Of a stretch of DNA of 32,000 bases, positions 1 through 6,743 are shown piece after piece. The stretch spans positions 3,600,001 to 3,632,000 of the forward strand of contig CP104013.1 of NCBI GenBank assembly GCA_025839675.1, in the 5' to 3' direction. The notes below the pieces were generated by a model, which saw nothing but the letters and a program-made list of their open reading frames with translations, was not told the DNA's origin and did no database searches. Every line of letters starts with the position of its first letter. Within the stretch, counting starts at the first letter, position 1. The DNA comes from Candidatus Lokiarchaeum ossiferum (GTDB lineage Archaea; Asgardarchaeota; Lokiarchaeia; Sigyniarchaeales; Promethearchaeaceae). The translations under genes were made by a program, and so were the position numbers.

Positions 1-1
1 A

Positions 2-730
2 ATTCAACAGCTTCGGGCTGAGTGGCTCACCTTTATTGATCAATGGCAAAAACCAGCCTTATCTCCTGTCATGATATCCAGTGTTATCAAGCAAGTTCGC
101 ACTTTCTTAGATCGAGATGCTATTATAGTCACCAGTTCTGGCAATGTGCAAGCTCAATTAATTCAAGAGCTTGAATTTTATGAACCGCATACGTGTATTA
201 CAGCCGGAGGATTTTCTACCATGGGTTACACCTTACCTGCTGCAATCGGAGCAAAACTAGGAAAACCAAAAACTCAAGTGATTGGATTGGTTGGAGATGG
301 GGATTTTATGATGACCATGCAAGAACTATCCACGGCTAAACAATTGAATTTAAATGTGGTCCTAATTGTTCTCAATAATGCGGGATGGATGGCAATAACT
401 GATTTACAGAGAGATGTTTATGGAAAAAACCATAGTTACGCAACTGAATTTACTGATCACAATGGAAACTCCTATACCCCAAATTTCGCCGATATTGCCA
501 AAGGGTTTGGATGCTGGGCGACACGTATTTCTAAAATCTCCGAAATTATCCCCAATCTTAAACAAGCATTTTCCCAAGAAGGACCCGCTGTGATAGAAAT
601 AATGACTTCTCGAGATCCCAAATATTCTGGATCTCCTGCTTGGGGATGGTGGGATGTTCCAATTCCTTCATATATGGAAGAGAAAAGAAAGGTATATTTG
701 TCGGAAATTCAAGATGAAGATATTTCTTAG
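2..730 (+). CDS. Thiamine-diphosphate-dependent enzyme, C-terminal TPP-binding domain (acetolactate synthase / sulfoacetaldehyde acetyltransferase-like); 5' end outside window
   Basis: The frame is open from nt 2 through the listed Met at 71, so the gene is cut by the window edge. It carries the canonical TPP motif GDG-x24-NN (GDGDFMMTMQELSTAKQLNLNVVLIVLNNAGW). Confidence 0.85.
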   Translation: MQQLRAEWLTFIDQWQKPALSPVMISSVIKQVRTFLDRDAIIVTSSGNVQAQLIQELEFYEPHTCITAGGFSTMGYTLPAAIGAKLGKPKTQVIGLVGDGDFMMTMQELSTAKQLNLNVVLIVLNNAGWMAITDLQRDVYGKNHSYATEFTDHNGNSYTPNFADIAKGFGCWATRISKISEIIPNLKQAFSQEGPAVIEIMTSRDPKYSGSPAWGWWDVPIPSYMEEKRKVYLSEIQDEDIS

Positions 731-769
731 TTTTTTTTTAAACATTTTCTTTTTCAATCTGATAAGCTA

Positions 770-2473
770 TTAATTTTGAACCACTGCTGGAAGGAAGAAA
801 CTTATATATGTTCCTACTCCGACTTCCGATTGTAGCTTTATATTTCCATTGTGCTTTTTTATAATTGAATACGTTGTCGGTAGTCCAATTCCCTTATGAT
901 CGGGTTTAGTCGTAAAATAGGGATCAAATACCTTCATGATGTTTTCTGGCTGAATTCCAATTCCTGTGTCAGTAATACTAATTTGTACATAATTGTCCGA
1001 AACCAATCCAAAATCGGAATTATTAGGAATTGCAATATTATCAAAAATTATTGTTAATAATCCACTATTCGGCATGGATTCAAGTGCATTTATAATTAAA
1101 TTGCTGATTGCGAGCTCCATTTGTTCTTTATCAAATTTTACTGGCCAAATCTCAGTCTTAACTTGCACGTCATAGGAGATATTAGAGTTATGAAGCAATT
1201 CATCAATCATATTTTTAACCAATTTCACAGGATCCCCTAGTTTTTTGATTGGATTTCCCCCTTCTGCAAATGTTAGATATTGATTTGCTAATTTTTTAGC
1301 TCGATACGCGGCGGACTCAATATCATTAACAATTTCTTCTTTTTCTGGACCTAAATCGTCTTCCTCTTTAATAATTGAGATATTTCCGATGATGGATGTT
1401 AGTATATTATTAAAATCATGTGCAATGCCCCCTGCTAAAGTACTTATGGAATTCAGATTTCTTGATATTACACTTTCCTCCTCAAAATAGGATAATTTTG
1501 TGATGTCTCGGAATAAAATGATAAATCCTGTCAATTCACCACGAAAATTGAGTGTAGGTCTAACGCTTTCTGAGACTATCCGTTTTTGCTTATCTTTCGA
1601 AATTAAATAACACTCTCGAGAAGGTTTTGACGTGGGATCTTTGAGTATTTCATCAAAATATGTTGGATGTGTGTCTTTGTCATTCAGATTTCGTGTTATA
1701 TAGACATCTTCCAATAAATGTGCTTTAGCTTCTGAATATCGAATTCCTGTCATAATCTCCGCTTTCTGATTCATTAATGCAATTTGGTGATCTAAATTTA
1801 GAATGAGGAGTCCATCGGTCAGGTGATTTATTGTCATAATGAGACGGCTTGATTCCTTCAATAATTCTTCATTTCTTCTGTGGGAATGCATTAAAATGAA
1901 GGAAAGTCCTTGAAAAAGAATAAAAACTACATTAACTGAATCAAAAATTACCCCCTTCTCTTTGTAGATATCAATTAGTGGAAAACAGAGATAATTAATG
2001 GCCCATAAAATGGTTACGACAAAATTAAATCGCAATTCAAACCCATTAGAATAAAATTTTTGCAGAATGTAGAGTCCTATAAATAAGGAAATATCAAGTG
2101 AAATAAAAATAGGGACAGATATCAAATTTAAATTCGGTATGTAAACTACACCAACACAAAGCCATATTGCAGCTAGTCCAAGATTAATAAAATGAGATAT
2201 TGATGGTGTTCTCCCAACAAATTTTTGTACTCCTGCATTCATAAGAAAAGTTGCCAAGATCAACATCAACATTCGTAGTAAATACAAATAAGGTGATGGA
2301 GATTCGGAATCGAAGAAAAATTGGGTGAAAATGAATATCAAATATGAAATCAACGCAAAATTCCACAATTTGAAACTAGAATCTTTGAAACTTATGTACA
2401 TATAAGTATCTATAAGCAGCAAAATAAAGATGGAGATAAAATTAAAAAAAATCATCATGGTTAGTTCGATCAT
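770..2473 (-). CDS. Membrane sensor histidine kinase (about 7 TM helices, PAS-like segment, HisKA, HATPase_c)
   Basis: The N-terminal ~200 aa form about seven hydrophobic helices. H-box GGIAHDFNNILTSIIGN, N-box NLIINALESM, G1 DTGIGI and G2 GIGLPTTYSII are present. A PAS-like segment (LLILNLDHQIALMNQKAEIMTGIRYSEA) lies between the membrane and kinase parts. Confidence 0.9.
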   Translation of the reverse strand: MIELTMMIFFNFISIFILLLIDTYMYISFKDSSFKLWNFALISYLIFIFTQFFFDSESPSPYLYLLRMLMLILATFLMNAGVQKFVGRTPSISHFINLGLAAIWLCVGVVYIPNLNLISVPIFISLDISLFIGLYILQKFYSNGFELRFNFVVTILWAINYLCFPLIDIYKEKGVIFDSVNVVFILFQGLSFILMHSHRRNEELLKESSRLIMTINHLTDGLLILNLDHQIALMNQKAEIMTGIRYSEAKAHLLEDVYITRNLNDKDTHPTYFDEILKDPTSKPSRECYLISKDKQKRIVSESVRPTLNFRGELTGFIILFRDITKLSYFEEESVISRNLNSISTLAGGIAHDFNNILTSIIGNISIIKEEDDLGPEKEEIVNDIESAAYRAKKLANQYLTFAEGGNPIKKLGDPVKLVKNMIDELLHNSNISYDVQVKTEIWPVKFDKEQMELAISNLIINALESMPNSGLLTIIFDNIAIPNNSDFGLVSDNYVQISITDTGIGIQPENIMKVFDPYFTTKPDHKGIGLPTTYSIIKKHNGNIKLQSEVGVGTYISFFLPAVVQN

Positions 2474-2481
2474 TGAAACAC

Positions 2482-2502
2482 CTATTTGATTGAATCAAAT
2501 AG
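2482..2502. promoter_or_regulatory. Perfect 10-bp inverted repeat (CTATTTGATT g AATCAAATAG) 9 nt upstream of the histidine-kinase start codon; candidate operator
   Basis: Read directly: 2482-2491 is the reverse complement of 2493-2502. It lies between an A/T-rich TATA-like stretch and the ATG at 2473 (minus strand). Confidence 0.3.
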
Positions 2503-2570
2503 CCGTTATGAAATTTTATTTTAGAAAAAATTTGGAACACTTTGTCATTTTTTTTTTCCAAGATTTCAGC

Positions 2571-3608
2571 TTAGTATCCATTGGTGATATCAACTACGTT
2601 TTTATAATTAGAACCACCAGAAGCTAAAATTTTTATATTTTCAATAATGTCAGACCAACGTTCTAGATCATCAAAAGGTGAGTCAGCCCGATGGGGTGAA
2701 ATTAAAACATTTGATAATTCATGGAATGGATATGTATATGGATATTTTTTACCTTTTTCATTCGGTTCTGGTCGATATCGATACCACACATCAAGAGCTG
2801 CTCGTGCAATGGTTCCATTTTGTAAGGATTTAAAGAGATCTTCTTCAACTATAATATCTGCCCTTCCAACATTTACAATAATTCCCTTTTTCCCCAACAA
2901 TTTCAACTCTCTACTTGTGATCATTTGATGAGTGAGTTTTGTTAGGGGTGCTGCAATGATCAGTATGTCGATGGCTTGGAAAAATTCATCACGTTCTTCA
3001 AAATTATAAAATTTAACTTTCTTTTGACTTTTCTTAGCCTTTTCTGTCCATGAACGCTTCAGAATATGTATATTTTCATTGATACCACATAACATATGAT
3101 GCACTTTTTGGTTAATTTGTCCGTATCCAAGTAAGCCTATCTTTCGTGCGGTAAGCTTTATTGAAGGGGCGGGTTCTTCCACTCCTTCTCCTCCTGGAAT
3201 CCAATTTCCTTTAGCCATATCATTGTGATGGTAAACTATATGATTACAAATGGCAAATAGCATTGCAATTGTCTGTTGAGCGATAAGTCCAGATGCCCCA
3301 TGCGCATTACACAGCGTAAATTTAGGTAAATTTTGGATATTCAAGAGTTTTCGTGAAAGATGTTCAACCCCCGTATAAGGACTAATATAAAGTCTTAATT
3401 TCTTCGCTGCCCGTAAAATTTTTTCAGAAGTATCCCAATAAATCAAGACATCCGCTTCCGGAATTAAGGTAAGTAAGTGTTCTTCGGATGTATCATCTGG
3501 AATTATAAATTTAACATGAGAAAAATCTTTAAAATGTGATAGAAGATGTTGTTTTACCCGTTCAAATGGTTTATAAAGAAATAAAACCGTGATTGGATTT
3601 ACTTTCAT
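2571..3608 (-). CDS. D-isomer-specific 2-hydroxyacid dehydrogenase family, NAD(P)-binding
   Basis: Rossmann motif GLLGYGQINQKV, the segment IIVNVGRADIIVEEDL, and the catalytic-His segment LISPHRADSP are typical of this family. Confidence 0.85.
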   Translation of the reverse strand: MKVNPITVLFLYKPFERVKQHLLSHFKDFSHVKFIIPDDTSEEHLLTLIPEADVLIYWDTSEKILRAAKKLRLYISPYTGVEHLSRKLLNIQNLPKFTLCNAHGASGLIAQQTIAMLFAICNHIVYHHNDMAKGNWIPGGEGVEEPAPSIKLTARKIGLLGYGQINQKVHHMLCGINENIHILKRSWTEKAKKSQKKVKFYNFEERDEFFQAIDILIIAAPLTKLTHQMITSRELKLLGKKGIIVNVGRADIIVEEDLFKSLQNGTIARAALDVWYRYRPEPNEKGKKYPYTYPFHELSNVLISPHRADSPFDDLERWSDIIENIKILASGGSNYKNVVDITNGY

Positions 3609-3651
3609 TATAATTAGAAACGAAAAATTATTGAAAAATGTTGATAAAAAT

Positions 3652-3677
3652 AATCGATCATAACAAAGAGATCGATT
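3652..3677 (-). terminator. Hairpin (8-bp stem AATCGATC/GATCGATT, 10-nt loop) followed by a T-rich tract on the minus strand, just 3' of the vWA gene
   Basis: The inverted repeat was read directly. On the minus strand it is followed by ATTTTTATCAACATTTTTCAATAATTTTTCG. Archaeal termination usually relies on oligo-T, so the hairpin's role is uncertain. Confidence 0.3.
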
Positions 3678-3698
3678 GATGGGAATGAGAATGCAAGC

Positions 3699-4901
3699 TT
3701 ACTGGAATAATCGAGTCATTTTAGAACCGCATGATTTGCATGTGTGATTGGATAATTTATCAAAGCAATGAGAATGATAGATGGCGTTACAATCTGGATT
3801 CCCACATTTTAAAACTTCATCCTTCTCTTCGAAGATCCCATCACAAACTGGACAGGCAGAATACATGGCTTCTTCTCCAAACGAACTTGCTATCGCTGTT
3901 GACACTGGATATGATTGAGGTGATTTCTTATCTGATTGAGATCCCTTCATTGTTTTCATCATTGATTGGTGCATTCTAACTGCTGTTTGAACAGAAGCGG
4001 GGATTTGTAAAAGATAAAGGCAATGAACACAACGAAAAATGGTTCCATCTCCTTCCTTATCTTGGTTTTTTGCCCACATACTGGCACAAGTTGTGTGCAT
4101 TGGGGTTCCACAGTTAGGACAAAACCGTCCCGAAATGGAAAAGCTTGTTTTTGAATATGGGTCGTTCGGTTGAAAACAAATCGAACAACGTTCATAAGAT
4201 TTGGTTCCTCTAAGTCGCTCTATTAACCCTTTTTGATCTTCGGTTCCTCGATTCATTTCATTTTCATCTAAAAGGGGGGCCGCTATCTTTTTTAATACTT
4301 TCGCAGATACTTTTTCTTTACTTTTCCGTGGGGTTGAGCTAGGAAGCTCCATATTTGATGTCGCTAGTTCGGCCACATAATTTAGAATTATTGCAGCGTT
4401 ATTTGCATAACTATATTTTCCCCCCGTCGTATCTGCCAGTTGTTTTAATATACTGAAGTGTTCTACATCGCCCACTCGTATAGTATCCATTTTAATACCC
4501 AATTGCTGTGAAAGGTTTGCCATTTTAATTGGATCTACCTTTGAATTGGTATATTTTCCATCGGAAAAAATTATAATCTTCGGAGATCTCGCACCATTAG
4601 TTCTGATGTCTTCAATTAGTATTTTTATTGCCATACCCACACCTTCTCCCAAAGCGCTTCGACCATGGCAGGTAAGATCTGCAAAGTAGGATGCGATTTG
4701 GTCATAAGATGCACTATCCGTAAAATCAAATACCTTTTTTGCAGCATCACTTATGACTACAACACTATAGGCTGATGAACTCCCAACTACGCTGTCATGG
4801 GTCATTCTTGACTGAATAAAATGAAGTATGGCGGATTTACAAGCTTCTAACCGATTTGGGCTGTAATCAGTACGGAACATGGATCGGGAGGCATCTAACA
4901 C
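3699..4901 (-). CDS. vWA-domain protein with two C-terminal C4HC3 (PHD / RING-variant-like) zinc-binding modules
   Basis: The vWA part has MIDAS DASRS (DxSxS) at residues 3-7 and the IIIFSDG strand. Zinc module 1 is C239-x2-C-x18-C-x2-C-x4-H-x2-C-x18-C-x2-C294 (nt 4020-4187). Zinc module 2 is C350-x2-C-x12-C-x4-C-x4-H-x2-C-x8-C-x2-C391 (nt 3729-3854). The listed start is GTG, and the true start is uncertain (see findings). Confidence 0.8.
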   Translation of the reverse strand: MLDASRSMFRTDYSPNRLEACKSAILHFIQSRMTHDSVVGSSSAYSVVVISDAAKKVFDFTDSASYDQIASYFADLTCHGRSALGEGVGMAIKILIEDIRTNGARSPKIIIFSDGKYTNSKVDPIKMANLSQQLGIKMDTIRVGDVEHFSILKQLADTTGGKYSYANNAAIILNYVAELATSNMELPSSTPRKSKEKVSAKVLKKIAAPLLDENEMNRGTEDQKGLIERLRGTKSYERCSICFQPNDPYSKTSFSISGRFCPNCGTPMHTTCASMWAKNQDKEGDGTIFRCVHCLYLLQIPASVQTAVRMHQSMMKTMKGSQSDKKSPQSYPVSTAIASSFGEEAMYSACPVCDGIFEEKDEVLKCGNPDCNAIYHSHCFDKLSNHTCKSCGSKMTRLFQ

Positions 4902-4952
4902 AAATACTATTGCTTCGGAGGCGTAATCGGGAATTTTTTCATCAGCTCAAAG

Positions 4953-4970
4953 ATTTATATATAAAAATAT
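4953..4970. promoter_or_regulatory. TATA-like A/T block (ATTTATATATAAAAATAT) in the divergent intergenic region between the vWA and GTPase genes
   Basis: It sits about 50 nt upstream of the vWA GTG on the minus strand and about 100 nt upstream of the GTPase ATG on the plus strand. Identification is by sequence pattern only. Confidence 0.25.
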
Positions 4971-5072
4971 GTTTTTCTTTCTTAAAGATTTACTCTTGCA
5001 ATAAAAAATGATCATTTTTTGGAAATTTACATAATTTTTTTTTTAATGTCGAATTAATAGAACTGATCATAA

Positions 5073-6275
5073 ATGTCTGAACAAAACTTTCTTGAAAAAA
5101 TCACGGGATTCTTTAAAGATGGACTTGATTTTTCTTCTATTAAAAAACCTTCTGATGTATTAGATTTACCTTTCGTTGAACTTAAAGCATTTGATGCGCA
5201 ATGGGCCCCTTTCTTTGAAGATTTTGAAGTAAAAACCATAAAAGAACTCGCTCAATTTTCGGAACCAATTATCATTGAAGGCTTAGATCCTGAAGATGTT
5301 AACAAACTCGCCATGATCGCGGAAATGTTATTCTGGAGAATGACACAATTATCCGAATTTGGAGAGCAAAAGAAAAAGGTTGTCTTTTTAGGTCTTGGTA
5401 ATGCTGGAAAAACTTCCGCATTGACTGCGTTATCCGAAAAATACTCTTCTATCAAAGAATTACTTCCGACCCGGGGATTGGCACGTCAAAATACAAAGAT
5501 TCTGGGGTACGATCTAATGGCTTATGATTTCGGTGGACAGAGTGAATATCGAGAACAATATTTCACTAAAGCTGATATGTATTTCTCAGAAGCTGATATG
5601 ATGGTCTTTTGCATTGATATTCAAGATAAAGATCGTTATAATGAATCCCTTGACTATTTAAAACAAATTCTTGAGACATATACCAAATTTGAACTTTTCT
5701 TACCCGTTTTAATTGTATTTACAAAAATGGATCCTGATATAGCCAACGAAGAAAGTATTAATTCAAGCCGAATTAAAATAATCGACGATATTGAGAAGTT
5801 TATTGATCCTAAATTTGATATTGGCTATGCAAATAGTTCTATCTTCGAAAGAAATTCAATCGAAAACTTATTCAGCTTGGCTTTAAAACGGATCTCTACC
5901 TCTGGTGGAGTAATTCAAGAATTGTTGAAAACCTTCGTGAAAGACATTAACGCCCGAGCATGCACTCTTATTTCCTCAACTGGATTAGTATTTGGTTCTT
6001 ATGGGGAAACTCATCAAGAAGAAGAAATGTTGAATAATTCTGCAGCCTACTTGCAAAACTTATATCTTTTCCATTTAACCACGGGTCTTCAAAAAGAAGA
6101 TTTCTATTCATTAACCTATGCGCGTAATAATATGCACTTTATTAGTGAATATATTACAACCTCCGATAGTGGAATGGTGTATTTATGGATTTTAACTCAA
6201 GATATGCGCCAAGAGGTCTTGGGAATTCCAAAATTCCGAGAAGAATTAATGCCTTTGATCGGGCTCTTCTTGTAA
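5073..6275 (+). CDS. Arf/Sar/Arl-like small GTPase with ~100-aa N-terminal extension and C-terminal roadblock/LC7/MglB-like domain
   Basis: G1 is GLGNAGKTS (nt ~5391-5417). G2/G3 follow the Arf pattern LLPTRGLARQNTKILGYDLMAYDFGGQSEYREQYF (PTxG...DxGGQ). G4 is VFTKMD (NKxD variant). The C-terminal 120 aa have residue patterns consistent with the roadblock order alpha-beta-beta-alpha-beta-beta (VIQELLKTFVKDI / ACTLISSTGLVFGSYG / NNSAAYLQNLYLF / MHFISEYI..MVYLWILTQD). Confidence 0.85.
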   Translation: MSEQNFLEKITGFFKDGLDFSSIKKPSDVLDLPFVELKAFDAQWAPFFEDFEVKTIKELAQFSEPIIIEGLDPEDVNKLAMIAEMLFWRMTQLSEFGEQKKKVVFLGLGNAGKTSALTALSEKYSSIKELLPTRGLARQNTKILGYDLMAYDFGGQSEYREQYFTKADMYFSEADMMVFCIDIQDKDRYNESLDYLKQILETYTKFELFLPVLIVFTKMDPDIANEESINSSRIKIIDDIEKFIDPKFDIGYANSSIFERNSIENLFSLALKRISTSGGVIQELLKTFVKDINARACTLISSTGLVFGSYGETHQEEEMLNNSAAYLQNLYLFHLTTGLQKEDFYSLTYARNNMHFISEYITTSDSGMVYLWILTQDMRQEVLGIPKFREELMPLIGLFL

Positions 6276-6373
6276 TTCTCCTTTTTTTTATTCTGATTCT
6301 TTTTCATACTTTTTCAAACCCTTTCCATATTCTTTCATAATCTTAATATATAAATTGTTATCTTCTAAAAAAA

Positions 6374-6665
6374 GGGATGATCACCACAATCGAAGCTGGT
6401 GTCTACTTAGAAGGTAAATTTGGAGCCCGTCTTGAAAACTTTTTGGCCATAACCCATCTTTAGAGACCATTTTTGAAGGATTTTACAGATTTGAAACTTT
6501 TATTCTCTGTCCTTTTGATTTAGAATTAATTGAACCTTCTTTGTTAGATTTTGAAGAGAAAAAATTGTTGAATGGTTATCATAAATTGGTCTGTAAATCT
6601 TTGAAGCATTTCTTTCTCCCCCTAAGCAAAAATGGTTAATTCCTAAAACCCATGAAATTCAATAA
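6374..6665 (+). pseudogene. Decayed 3' relic of a three-domain Xaa-Pro aminopeptidase (aminopeptidase P, M24B with Peptidase_M24_C tail)
   Basis: There are three collinear pieces in three frames. Piece 1 is GMITTIEAGVYLEGKFGARLENFLAITHL* (6374-6463). Piece 2 is ETIFEGFYRFETFILCPFDLELIEPSLLDFEEKKLLNGYHKLVCKSLKHFFLPLSKNG* (6463-6639). Piece 3 is WLIPKTHEIQ* (6633-6665). They track the C-terminus of aminopeptidase P (GMxxTxEPGxY..G.FGxRIEN ... FExLTLxPxxxxLIxxxLLxxxExxWLNxYH ... WLxxxTxP). No N-terminal part is present upstream. Confidence 0.65.
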
Positions 6666-6743
6666 ATGGGTTTTTTTCAAATTTTTTTAACAATTCTTCC
6701 AAAACTCAAAAATTTAGGTTGATTATGAATTATACAAATTACT

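Noticed and set aside
6725-6743. ATG at 6725 as the start of the MCP-SBP gene
   Set aside because: It is in a different frame from the 6744..9164 ORF and terminates after 19 codons, so it cannot be the start without a frameshift.
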